Shown in pieces: positions 9,693 through 20,268 of a stretch of 33,418 nucleotides of DNA (position 1 is its first letter; each line of letters begins with the position of its first letter). The translations under genes were made by a program, and so were the position numbers. The notes below the pieces were generated by a model. That model made no database searches. It worked only from the letters and a program-made list of their open reading frames with translations, and was not told the origin of the DNA. This DNA is from Thraustochytrium aureum (lineage: Eukaryota): contig BLSG01000076.1 of NCBI GenBank assembly GCA_012862495.1, positions 36,354-69,771 of the forward strand. The letters are read 5' to 3'.

Positions 9693-11235
9693 TCTCTGCC
9701 TTTGAACGAGGCCGCCGCAACGAGAACCGGGATTGCTCCGTAACTCGCTTGAATCTTGCAAGGGCCTTGGGGTTTTGTTGGGCGCGGGCGACTCGGCGCA
9801 GTAATTTACCAAGCCCTCCCCGCCACTCCGCAGAGACAATCTCGCCCGCGAAAAGCGGCTCCCGAGCCGCCGGTGATCCAACCGCCCACAGTATTCGCTC
9901 CGCTGTAACCACACGCAGGCCGTGGCTAGCACTACGCTGTGTAGACCACCTGCAANNNNNNNNNNNNNNNNNNNNNNNNNNNNNNNNNNNNNNNNNNNNN
10001 NNNNNNNNNNNNNNNNNNNNNNNNNNNNNNNNNNNNNNNNNNNNNNNNNNNNNNNNNNNNNNNNNNNNNNNNNNNNNNNNNNNNNNNNNNNNNNNNNNNN
10101 NNNNNNNNNNNNNNNNNNNNNNNNNNNNNNNNNNNNNNNNNNCTCGTCTTCGCCAGACCTCTGTCGTTTTTCTCGTTGACGCCCGACCAAGCAGGCTGGC
10201 ACGAGCCGGACCAGCTTGACGCACTTTTTGACCTCCTCGAGCTCGTTCTTCGCGCGACGTCCCCGATGCGAGTCTGTGGCAGCCAGAGCGCGACGCAGCA
10301 GCAGCAACGGCGGCCAGGCCGACGTGCCGCTTGGAGGCGAGCACGGCACGAAGGCAGCCGGACGGCACCGTGCAAGAACCTCGAGGGGTCTGTCTCCTGC
10401 AACGTCCTGAGAGCACCACCACAGGCCCCGGCCCTGCCTCCTCTCCGCGACACACGATAAGTCACGCACGCAGGAAGAGGGCGAGAGAGAGGCGTCTGCT
10501 GGCTTGTGCCCGGCGCTCCCACGCGGCAGGCTGCGCTGAGAGCCGCGCCGACGTGTGCTGGAGTTGGCGACTCCAGGCCACGATCCAGCACTGGCTCCCA
10601 GCCGGACCGACGTCAAGACCTCTGAACCTCCTCGCAGCCGGCCGCTTACGCGAACGGACGTAGCGCGCTCGCGCGCGCGCACGGGAGGGGAGCCTGCGGG
10701 GCTTTGTTGAGCCGAGCGGGGATGCTCTCCGCGCACGCTTGAGCGGGACGATGCTCGTCGAAGAGGCCCGAAAGTGCGAGCGGCACGTGCCGGCCAGCGC
10801 GCTTGCTCGCTCGCTGAGGCAGCAGGCGCTTCTGGAGGCTTGTGCAGGGGCGTGCGCTTCCTTGCATGTGCCCCGGATGTCGCGGCAGCCGCGGCGGCGC
10901 TCGGTGGGTTTGTGTTGGTGGGCGGCTTTACTTTGTCTGCCACAGCGATCAACCTCGACGCTGGCTCGGGGGTCGCGCCGCTGCGCCCTTTTGAACGAGC
11001 ATGCGCATGTGCAAGGAAGTCTCGCGCCCTCGAGTCCCTCGACCTTTGTCAATCAAGGCCAATCAAAAGAAATGCCAACTCTCGTGGTTGCAGCTACCTG
11101 TACATACTAGTAGTCGGATCGATCTGGCAACCGGCGCCTGTCGCGGAGGTTTCGAGGCGGGGCCAGCCATGCGCGACGGCTCGTTTCGCGAGCCGCGCGA
11201 GCCGCCGGCACGGGGCGGAGTCGCGCAGCGCAACG

Positions 11236-12675
11236 CTAGGTCACGACGAGCTTGTTGGAAAAGGTCGAGAGCGCGATCCCAAAAGCCTGGAAAGGCGAGA
11301 TTGGGTGGCGAAAGTCCAAGCTGAACCGGTCCTTCAGCACCTTGCCGAAACGGAGGCAGACCGTGTCGGAGCCAAACTCCTCGTCCATCGCCTCGTTCTT
11401 GGCATTCGGAACGAGCAGAAAGTTCTTCTTGGAAGCCAGCTTGACACGGCCATTAAAGTTGAGGGTCCAGGCTTGCAGGTCTTCGTTCCAGCTCGGCTTT
11501 TCGTCTCAAAAGTGAGCAGGTCCTCTTGCTCCTCGAGCTCCACCGCCGAGTACTCGTCGCCCTTCTTCGCCTTGAGCTTTTGCAGCAAGTTGAGGTCTTT
11601 GCTCAACCGAGTCCGCGCCGTGCGAGCGAAGCGCGCAGATATCGAGTAGACCTGGCCCNNNNNNNNNNNNNNNNNNNNNNNNNNNNNNNNNNNNNNNNNN
11701 NNNNNNNNNNNNNNNNNNNNNNNNNNNNNNNNNNNNNNNNNNNNNNNNNNNNNNNNNNNNNNNNNNNNNNNNNNNNNNNNNNNNNNNNNNNNNNNNNNNN
11801 NNNNNNNNNNNNNNNNNNNNNNNNNNNNNNNNNNNNNNNNNNNNNNNNNNNNNNNNNNNCTGTCCGTTGATCGCAAGGACAGAATCGCCGCAATGAATCA
11901 CGTTGCGCCGGTCGCTCTCCGTTGGTGACAAAAAGTCTGCCTCAGGCAAGTCGTCGACCACGAGGGACTTGCCGAGCCAGTCCTCGTCCAAACTCAGCCC
12001 GCTCTTGCCTGGCTCAAACCGAACCTCGTACACCTCGGCCTGGGCGAACGCGGTCGGCGCCTGTGGCGGGGACACGAGGTCGTGCAGAGTCTTGACGTTC
12101 GCAAACGGGTCATACGAGCTGCTTCGATGCGACCTTGAGGCGCCGCGCTCGATGTCGGCGCCGTATTCTTCGCCACTGCTACTGCGGCTCCTGCTGCTAT
12201 CGTCGTCGCTGCTGCTCGCATCCTGCACGGTCAGTAAAGTGCCGCAGTCTGCGCAGACGTGAGCCGAGCTCTGCGTGCGGAGTCCGCACTCGGTGCAAAA
12301 CACAAACTCTTGCGCCCCGCCCTCTGCCCCGTTCTCTGCGTCCAATTCCTCGACGTGCTGCGCTGCAGAGACGGCGGCTTCGTATGCAGCCGCGTTTGCC
12401 CGTGCGTCCCGTTTCGCCTTCTTTTGGGCCTTTCTCGCCGCCTTCCTATGCGTCCGCTCGCTCTCGGATTCGGCGTACCCGCCACGATCTCCCCCACCGC
12501 CGCCGCCCACAAGCGAACCCACGTCCTGCTCGTCCCCGAGCAGCGAGCCGTAGTGCGACCCTGCCGCGGTACCGCCCAGAGAAGCGACGAGGGGGTCTTC
12601 AAATCCTTCAGGGCCGAACTCGCCGTCGTTATCGGGCGATGCCAGCAGCCCGCGATGCTCTCTTTCGTTGTCCAT
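11236..12675 (-). CDS. Tubby-family protein with N-terminal zinc ribbon and PDZ-like domain; spans the 11659-11859 gap; apparent 1-nt deletion at ~11498-11501
   Basis: C-terminus translated by hand: KPSWNEDLQAWTLNFNGRVKLASKKNFLL...LRFGKVLKDRFSLDFRHPISPFQAFGIALSTFSNKLVVT*, the classic Tubby end. Upstream of the gap: FCTECG...VCADCG and VRFEPGKSGLSL...IHCGDSVLAING. Confidence 0.82.
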
Positions 12676-13513
12676 CGCGCCAGCCGCTCGAGATCAGCCG
12701 CACGCCGACCGACCCTGCAAGGCCGCACGTTCTGTGGGTGGTCGGTGCCCGTCCCGGGCGAGGTGGTTTTTTTTTTTTGACCTTGTCCTGAGCGAGCGAG
12801 TACTTTCGACCTCAGCGCGAGCCGGCCACGTCCACTGCCGGCGACACCCGCGGCGCAGCGTGATCTCCTCTGCCTTCGCTCGCAACAGCGCCAGCCGCGC
12901 CCGCCCTGCGCAGCCCCGCGGCGAGCGAGACCGTTGGCGGCCGCTGCCCCCGGCTCGCCGTGCCGATCCCCACCAATTGCACCGCCTCGCCCAGCAGCTC
13001 CGCGAGCTCCGCGAGCAGCGCGGGAAGCCGAGACGCAGCGCCCGCCCTCCACGCCGCTCTGCGCTCCTGCGCTCGCTCGCTCTGGGCTGCGCGCGGGACC
13101 GAGCGTCCAAAGCGGGTCTGNNNNNNNNNNNNNNNNNNNNNNNNNNNNNNNNNNNNNNNNNNNNNNNNNNNNNNNNNNNNNNNNNNNNNNNNNNNNNNNN
13201 NNNNNNNNNNNNNNNNNNNNNNNNNNNNNNNNNNNNNNNNNNNNNNNNNNNNNNNNNNNNNNNNNNNNNNNNNNNNNNNNNNNNNNNNNNNNNNNNNNNN
13301 NNNNNNNNNNNNNNNNNNNNNNNNNNNNNNNNNNNNNNNNNNNNNNNNNNNNNNNNNNNNNNNNNNNNNNNNNNNNNNNNNNNNNNNNNNNNNNNNNNNN
13401 NNNNNNNNNNNNNNNNNNNNNNNNNNNNNNNNNNNNNNNNNNNNNNNNNNNNNNNNNNNNNNNNNNNNNNNNNNNNNNNNNNNNNNNNNNNNNNNNNNNN
13501 NNNNNNNNNNNNN

Positions 13514-15213
13514 GTCCATTGCGCGCGATGCCGCGACGCTGGATGCGAGGTGCGAGGCCCACGCGGGAGGCGCAACGATGGCGAATTCGCAGGGGGAAAC
13601 TGCGTCGGGCACCGCGAGGTCGGCGCAGAAGGACGAGACCGGCTGTGCACGCGCCACCCAGTGCTGTCCTCCGAAATGCAATGCCGATGCCCCGCAGCAG
13701 CAAGGGCTCGGTGGCGCGCTGGGTTGCGACGATGGCGCGGGACGCGGGCCTTTGCAGTGCCGGCGGTTCCAAAGCAGCACGAAACGGGGCACTTCGCGTT
13801 GCGAGGCGCCGAGTGCCATTGAAGAGCCAAGCCCAAAAAAGATAAGACGAAGTTCCGGCGGAAACTTGGTGGACTACGGCTGGACGCCCGAGCTCGCTGG
13901 TGTTGCCGACCCGAGCGACACGCAGGCAGGCAAGCTTTGTTGCATCTTGTGCGAGTGGAGCTGTGCAGAGATCTGCAACCATTGCATGTGTGCATGTGTG
14001 TGTCGACGCGACATCGATCAAGCTGTTGCCGCGGCGTCTTCCGTTTGCTCACATTGTGCGAGCGGGGCTTGCCCGCGCGCAACAGCGAACGAATCCCAAG
14101 CCAAGGCCGCAGCACCGCTCGCCCCCACAGCTGATGCGAGCATAGCAGAGCGCTCGAAACGCGGTTGCAATTGCCCGTGCGGGATTGCCAGCGCATCCGC
14201 AGCGACGGGGGCCTGCCATGGTGGTGGCACTCGAGGCGCCGGGGGATGGCGGCCTATGCGACAGTTGCGTCGCGTCCCGGTGCCGGGCGAACGGCCACTT
14301 CGCCTATTCGTCGACAAGGCGGAGCACGAGGCTGGCCGGTTTGCCAGCCCGCTTCATGGCCGCTGGGACCTTGAACGGCGCGTCGTTGTTCAGGCTTGTG
14401 GCGAGCGCGTTCGACAACTTGTGTACAAGTGGGCGGCCACGAGCCAGAGACGGACGATTCCTTGTATTCCTCTCCTTTTGCACGGAATCGGGCACCCCGC
14501 ATGTGTCGGCGACGACCCCGATGTCTTACCCGCCGCACATCGTTGATCATGTGAACGAGGTCCTTCCATTTCTTCGTCAGAGCTTGCGGTGCTTTCGCGC
14601 ACCGCTTGAGGACCAAGACCTTGCAGCATTTCTCGGCTACCTCTTTGTGCGGCAGCGCGCAGCTCTTGGCGCTACGCGCGCAGGCCGGGCTTCGAGTAAT
14701 GAGGCCTCGATTCTGCTTCCATGGGACGCGACTGGGTCGACGACCTCGCGCAAGTACCGTTTCCACTCGCTTCGGCCGGGAACCAAAATATACAACCAGT
14801 GCGTTTCGCTTCTCGCCCCGACTTGTGGGCCCGAGCAGCTCGCTCAGATGCTGCGCCGCCCGCACACGATGCAGATTACAACCAACTTTCAGCATGGGTC
14901 GTTTCACATGCACAAGGATGTGGAGGGAAATGAGGGCTCGGGTGACGTCATCGCCACGCTTACTGTGCGAGCCAGCGGCATCGTTGTGTTGCAGCACAGG
15001 TCGTCGCGGGTTTGCTTCGTATTTCGGGTTGATCATGGCGACGTATGGTCGATGAGCAACGGCTTGCAGCGAGGCGACTGGTCTCATGGCGTCGAGCCGT
15101 TTCACATTGTCCCAGAGGCCCACACGGTGGGCTGCAACAGCTGCCGCGTCTCCGTAAATGTGCGCCTTATCTTGCACAAGCGCGATGGCCACGCCCCGCG
15201 TCCTGGTGATTAG
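13514..15213 (+). CDS. Putative AlkB-type 2OG-Fe(II) dioxygenase with Cys-rich N-terminal region; 5' end uncertain (gap); frame change near 14440-14450
   Basis: ORF 14185..15213 ends ...FHMHKDVEG...VIATLTV...VDHGDVWSM...WSHGVEP...RVSVNVR: HxD...H iron triad plus RxSxxxR. The overlapping upstream frame is Cys-rich and contains PSPKKIRR. Confidence 0.62.
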
Positions 15214-15223
15214 CTCTCTAACC

Positions 15224-15713
15224 TCAATTCAGGCGTACGCGCTCGTCCGTCCGGGCAAGCCCTCGCGTGCTGTGTGGACGCCTCTGCTTGCAGCAGTCGA
15301 TCCCGCCCGCACATTGATCGTACCTATACTCCCCAAACAAGCCAATCCTCAACGCGCACGCGATCGCACCAAGCGCACGAGCGCCAGTCGTCCAAGTGGA
15401 CCGCAGACTCGCCGAGCATCGCCGAGCATCGACGAGCATGAACGCCCAACGAGAGCCCCGCGGAGCTGACGAGCGTGAGCCAATCTTGCAAGTCGCGCCA
15501 CCGTCGACTACGGGCTCGACAAGCGAGAAATCCCGACGACGGGTGCGCAAAACCATCGCGCAAAGTGCGCGAGCGCTGGTCGTCCAAGTGATCATGTGGC
15601 CGCCCGCCCGCAGGCCCACAGCCGTTCGCCAAGAAAACCGTCCACGAGTAGAGCTCCTTGGCCAGTGCCGAATCAAATTGAAATCGAAGTAAGCCCTGCT
15701 CTTGCAGCCGATC
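15224..15713 (-). CDS. Possible hypothetical protein (3' part; 5' end in the gap)
   Basis: Two overlapping minus frames (DRLQEQGLLRFQFDSALAKELYSWTVFL... and ...HMITWTTSARALCAMVLRTRRRDFSLVEPVVDGG...) end 10 bp from the AlkB-like stop. No family recognised. Confidence 0.25.
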
Positions 15714-16038
15714 NNNNNNNNNNNNNNNNNNNNNNNNNNNNNNNNNNNNNNNNNNNNNNNNNNNNNNNNNNNNNNNNNNNNNNNNNNNNNNNNNNNNNNN
15801 NNNNNNNNNNNNNNNNNNNNNNNNNNNNNNNNNNNNNNNNNNNNNNNNNNNNNNNNNNNNNNNNNNNNNNNNNNNNNNNNNNNNNNNNNNNNNNNNNNNN
15901 NNNNNNNNNNNNNNNNNNNNNNNNNNNNNNNNNNNNNNNNNNNNNNNNNNNNNNNNNNNNNNCGCGATACGGGTCCGCGCCGGTGCCTGCGGCGGTTTCG
16001 GGCCTTGGATCGGTCGGTTTGGGCTGCTCGGGCTTGCG

Positions 16039-16373
16039 ATGTCAGGCCAACGCGAAGGGCTGCGCGCCGAGCCTCGCGAGGCTGGTGCCGGCGAGGAGGA
16101 GGCGGCGGCGGCGTTCGAGATGGAGCGGCAGCATTTGGTAGAGGAGATCACGCAGGTGAGTTGGCGCTGCGGGCGACGCCGGCCGGCCGAGTTTGGCGCT
16201 TGCGAGCAGGTTTTTGACACGGAGACACGACGCGACAGGGCATCAAGGAGGCCACGGCGCAGATCCGGTCGCTGAATCGCAACATGGAGCACCTTGCTGA
16301 AGTCGGCAAGAGCTTTGAGCGCTCGGCAGTGCTCTGGGCGGACTTTTGTCGCGAAATGAAGCAGTCTTCCTAG
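16039..16373 (+). CDS. DAD1: DASH/Dam1 kinetochore complex subunit Dad1-like, 83 aa; exons 16039-16155 and 16239-16373
   Basis: Spliced product MSGQREGLRAEPREAGAGEEEAAAAFEMERQHLVEEITQ/GIKEATAQIRSLNRNMEHLAEVGKSFERSAVLWADFCREMKQSS* matches the Dad1 pattern FExxRxxLxxEI...LNxxxE...VGxxFxxxxxLWxxF. Confidence 0.8.
16156..16238 (+). other. Spliceosomal intron (83 nt, phase 0) in Dad1-like gene
   Basis: CAG|GTGAGT donor, TTGAC branch-like site near 16214, GACAG| acceptor; gives an in-frame join. Confidence 0.82.
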
Positions 16374-16590
16374 CTAGCGAAGAGTGTCCTGCGCCATGCT
16401 GCTGCGCGAGGAGGGTCCCAGCCCCGCACCTGCTCGCCAACAGTGTTGTCGGCTAGCGCCTAACAAGGCGCGTTTTCGTTTGCCGTGACGGCCTTCGAGC
16501 CAATCAGCTAGCTCAACAATCCCTCTTTTGTTCTCTACCACTCCATATTTACAGTGCAGACTGCAGACGCACAGACTGCGGTTTTCCCGC

Positions 16591-19507
16591 TCAGCGCGGC
16601 ACGAAGGACAGCACATTAAAGAGCACGTCCGGCGGAAGTTGTCGGGCACGCCGCTGATTGACCAACAGCATGGTTTTCACCGTGCGGCGCTGCGAGTCTG
16701 TGGCCAACCTGTGCACCTCTGGGGCCCATGGCAGCATCGCGCGGCACACCACCGAGAGCATCTCGAGGCTGACGGGAGCCAGGGTAGGGCATGGGCTGCA
16801 CGCTTCACTCCTACGAACAAAAACAAGGCGTTCTACGCAGCGCAGTAGATACTGCTCTTGAGAGAGTGTAAAGCCTGCTCCAACGAGGCTGCCGCGAAAC
16901 GAAGCTGCCGTCTCTGCCATTGAACGCTCTCGCCTAACGGTCAACGACAAGGGCGTGTCTCCGTACGCTGGCGTGGGCTCGAACAGCGATTCGTGCCGGC
17001 CCAAGTCGCCACGCAAGAGCTTGACGACATACTCTACGTCTTGGCCCTGGACTGCGTGATGTAGGTCAGTCCACCCTGCTCGCGCGTGCTCGAGCCACTG
17101 CTGGAGGTCCTCGTAGCTTTCGATTGAGGCGATCTGGAACACGTTTGAGCCGATACGGCGAGGTATTTGTTTCGAAGGTAGTTCCGTTAGCCATGGGCGC
17201 GCCCGTTGATCCCTGGCGACGCCAAGCCTAAACTCACCTCTGCGCTCGTGTAGCCTTCAGCTGACGTGGCGTTCAAGTCGGCGCCAACTTGGGGGCTCGC
17301 CAAATACTGGACAACGGCGCGGCACCCATTCGATGCCGCGAGGTGCAGCGGCTGGTACCCGCCGGCGAAGCCAGTGGGTGTCCCTGCTTGTGGTCGCCTC
17401 GCAGTCCGGGCTGCGGTCGCGGAGGTCAGGGACTGCTCGGGCTCCCTCAGGGAGCCTCTAAACATACATGTCGTCGCCCCGACAGTAAGCCAAAAGCCCC
17501 AACTTACCGGAACAAACCGTTCGCGCACCGAGGCGGTCAACGAGGTACCGAAGAACCTCGAGCGAGCCCGCGCGAGCAGCCGAGTGCGCCGCGAGCCAGC
17601 CCTGTGCTGTTTGGTTGCTCAAGGGGTCAAAGTCCATCTCCTCAACAAGGAAACGGACAACGTCTACACGGTTGTACTTGCTGGCGGTGTGCAGAGGCGA
17701 ACCGCGCGGAGACTCGTTCGTGGCCCTCGTCACGGCGCCGGGCTTGGACAAAAGGTACTTTACCACTTGCACATGTCCATGCTTGCACGCAGTGTAGAGC
17801 GCGTCGGCGCCGCTGTCCGTCGTGCGCTCTGGATCGGCGTCGAACTCCTCGACAAGAGAGCGCACGCAGTCGATATGGCCGTGGTGCGCCGCAATGTACA
17901 AGGGCGTCATCCCATTTGCGACGGGACGGTTGACATCAAACTTGCGCCAGCCCTCATTCGCTACGAGGGACAGCAGATGGCGCACCACGCCGACGTAGCC
18001 GCCCTTGCAAGCCCAGTGCAGAGAGTTCCATCGCTGCTGCTGCGTGCACGCCGTGACGTCGGCGATGTCACGCAGCTCGTCGGTGAGGATCCTGACCTGT
18101 CCCAGGCTACCGTGCTTGGCTGCGATCATCAGGGCGGTAATCCCCTCGCCGAGCTCAAGCACNNNNNNNNNNNNNNNNNNNNNNNNNNNNNNNNNNNNNN
18201 NNNNNNNNNNNNNNNNNNNNNNNNNNNNNNNNNNNNNNNNNNNNNNNNNNNNNNNNNNNNNNNNNNNNNNNNNNNNNNNNNNNNNNNNNNNNNNNNNNNN
18301 NNNNNNNNNNNNNNNNNNNNNNNNNNNNNNNNNNNNNNNNNNNNNNNNNNNNNNNNNNNNNNNNNNNNNNNNCGCCGCGAGCGTGCTGCTCCAAGCCCGC
18401 GCGCAGCGCGGCAATCGCGGCGCCGCCAAAACCTGGCGTTGGGAGACGTTGGAGCACCTCCGCCGCCAGCGCTGGGGCGGCTTCTCGCAGTCGCGAGCCG
18501 GCGACGACCGGCGCTTCCGTGAGCATGCGGACAATGTTGAGGCTTCCTGCTTGGGCGGCTACGTGGATTGGGGTCCAGAGGCTCTCGTCCTGCGCGTCGG
18601 GGTCGGCCCCAAGAGCCAGCAACGAGCGGACCACGCGCTCTTGCTTTTGGAAAGCGGCGAGGTGCAGCGCGGTCGACCCGCTGTCGCTCGCCGTCCTCAC
18701 GTCAGCGCCAAGCGTCTCTACAAGGTATTCGCACACACGCCAGTGGCCGTTCTGGCTCGCCACATGCAGGGCGGTCATACCGTTGGACTTGCGGGTGTCT
18801 GCCTTCGCGCCGAACCGGCCGAGGACTTTGACAGCTTCCAGGTTGCCAGACTTGCACGCCGCGTACAGGACGCTCGAGTTGTCGGCGGGCAGAGTAAAAT
18901 TGGTGTCAGCCCCGTGCTGGCACAGAAGTTCCACCACGTGTTGCCCTTGGCCGCTGTAGGCTGCCACGAACAACGGGGTGGTGCGACGAGCGGGCCGCAC
19001 ACCATCGACCGGGGCGCCGTACTCGAGCAGGAGCGCGACGGCCTCCAACTTTCCGTTACGCGCCGCGATCCACAGGGGCTCTCGCCGCTCGTCGTCAACA
19101 CCGTCGATCGAGGCGCCGCTCCTCGCGCTTCCAGACCGAGCCGAACGGCTGTCCGCGCAGTTCGAAATCGAGGACGAGGCCCACGGCTGGGCCGACCTGT
19201 TTCTTCCATCGCGCTCTCTGTCGCTGCTGGTGGCCCGCATCTCCTTCTGCTGCGCCAAAGCTGGCGACAGCTCGCAAGCTTTGCGTCGCACGTCAGAGTC
19301 GGCGGCAGCCCATTTTTTCGCGTCCTGCTCGAGCACTCGCAAAAACCGATCCTTTCCGATGCTCTCCACGGCAGCGCGCATCGCGGAAACCGGCAACTGA
19401 CCCGCGCAGACAGCGCGAACGGCGCGCAAGACAACTTCGTTCTGTCGACCGGTGTCGCCGTCCTCCTCGTCAACCTTCGGCAACTTCCTTGCCGGCGCAT
19501 CCTGCAT
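16591..19507 (-). CDS. Multi-ankyrin-repeat protein with C-terminal F-box-like tail; predicted introns 17411-17507 and 17134-17237; spans the 18163-18372 gap; start uncertain
   Basis: Repeats PLWIAARNG, TPLFVAAYSG, TALHVASQNG, TALHLAA, TPIHVAAQAG, TALMIAAKHG, NSLHWACKGG, TPLYIAAHHG, SPLHTASKYN, QPLHLAASNG. Three minus-strand ORFs are joined in frame by two GT-AG introns. Ends LPPDVLFNVLSFVPR*. Confidence 0.85.
17134..17237 (-). other. Spliceosomal intron (104 nt, phase 0) in ankyrin gene
   Basis: GAG|GTGAGT donor, GCTAAC internal site, TTCCAG| acceptor; joins ...GYTSAE to IASIES... Confidence 0.75.
17411..17507 (-). other. Spliceosomal intron (97 nt, phase 1) in ankyrin gene
   Basis: G|GTAAGT donor, CCCTGAC branch point, CCGCAG| acceptor in the correct phase. 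An alternative in-phase CAG exists 27 nt further on. Confidence 0.65.
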
Positions 19508-19801
19508 CGCCGTCTCCCTGCTGCCCACTAGCAGAGCGAAGCTCCGCGCCCTGNNNNNNNNNNNNNNNNNNNNNNNNNNNNNNNNNNNNNNNNNNNNNNN
19601 NNNNNNNNNNNNNNNNNNNNNNNNNNNNNNNNNNNNNNNNNNNNNNNNNNNNNNNNNNNNNNNNNNNNNNNNNNNNNNNNNNNNNNNNNNNNNNNNNNNN
19701 NNNNNNNNNNNNNNNNNNNNNNNNNNNNNNNNNNNNNNNNNNNNNNNNNNNNNNNNNNNNNNNNNNNNNNNNNNNNNNNNNNNNNNNNNNNNNNNNNNNN
19801 N

Positions 19802-20058
19802 TAACGCACGCAACACGTAAATAACGCCGCCATCCGCCTGCCCGGCCTTTCCAGCGTCGGCCCTTCCTCCGTTGCCTACAGACCCGCACCTGGTAAGTAA
19901 CGCCCCCGCTGGTCCGCTGGCGCCTGCTCCGCGCCGCGCTTGCAGCGTTACTAACACGGCGCCGCTTCACGTTAGTTATTAACCCTGGCTCGCGCCCACA
20001 CCAAACGGCGAAGATCATGATACTCCTCTGGACAGCAGACAGCAGCAGACCCGTAACG
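19802..20058. promoter_or_regulatory. Cluster of TAACG/CGTTA and AACGG (Myb-like) motifs in the divergent region between the ankyrin gene and RCC2
   Basis: TAACG at 19802, 19822, 19898, 20054; CGTTA at 19946, 19970; CCGTTG at 19869; AACGG at 20004. Confidence 0.35.
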
Positions 20059-20103
20059 CAGCAGCAGCCTCCGCAGCCTCCGCAGCAGCAGCAGCAGCAG
20101 CAG
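20059..20103. repeat. Imperfect CAG/CCG microsatellite
   Basis: CAGCAGCAGCCTCCGCAGCCTCCG(CAG)7 upstream of RCC2. Confidence 0.85.
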
Positions 20104-20268
20104 ACCCGCGAGGCCCAGGCGCAGGCAGCGTACGTACGGCAGCGAGTGGGCCGGCGCGAGACCGACGCAAGCGGCCGTGGATTTTTGCGCGCCAGGGCGG
20201 TGGACCGAGTTTTTTGGTTTTTTTGAGGTTTTTTTTCACCTGGAGGTTGGGTGCTTGCGGTTGCTAGG

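Noticed and set aside
9693..10952. Long N-terminal extension of the kinase (933-aa ORF)
   Set aside because: It crosses an N-gap, starts at a non-ATG codon and is R/S/A/P-rich with no recognisable domain; likely UTR or intergenic.
17458..17507. Shorter 50-nt intron using the TTTAG acceptor
   Set aside because: It leads to an in-frame TGA within three codons; the CAG at 17411 keeps the ankyrin frame.
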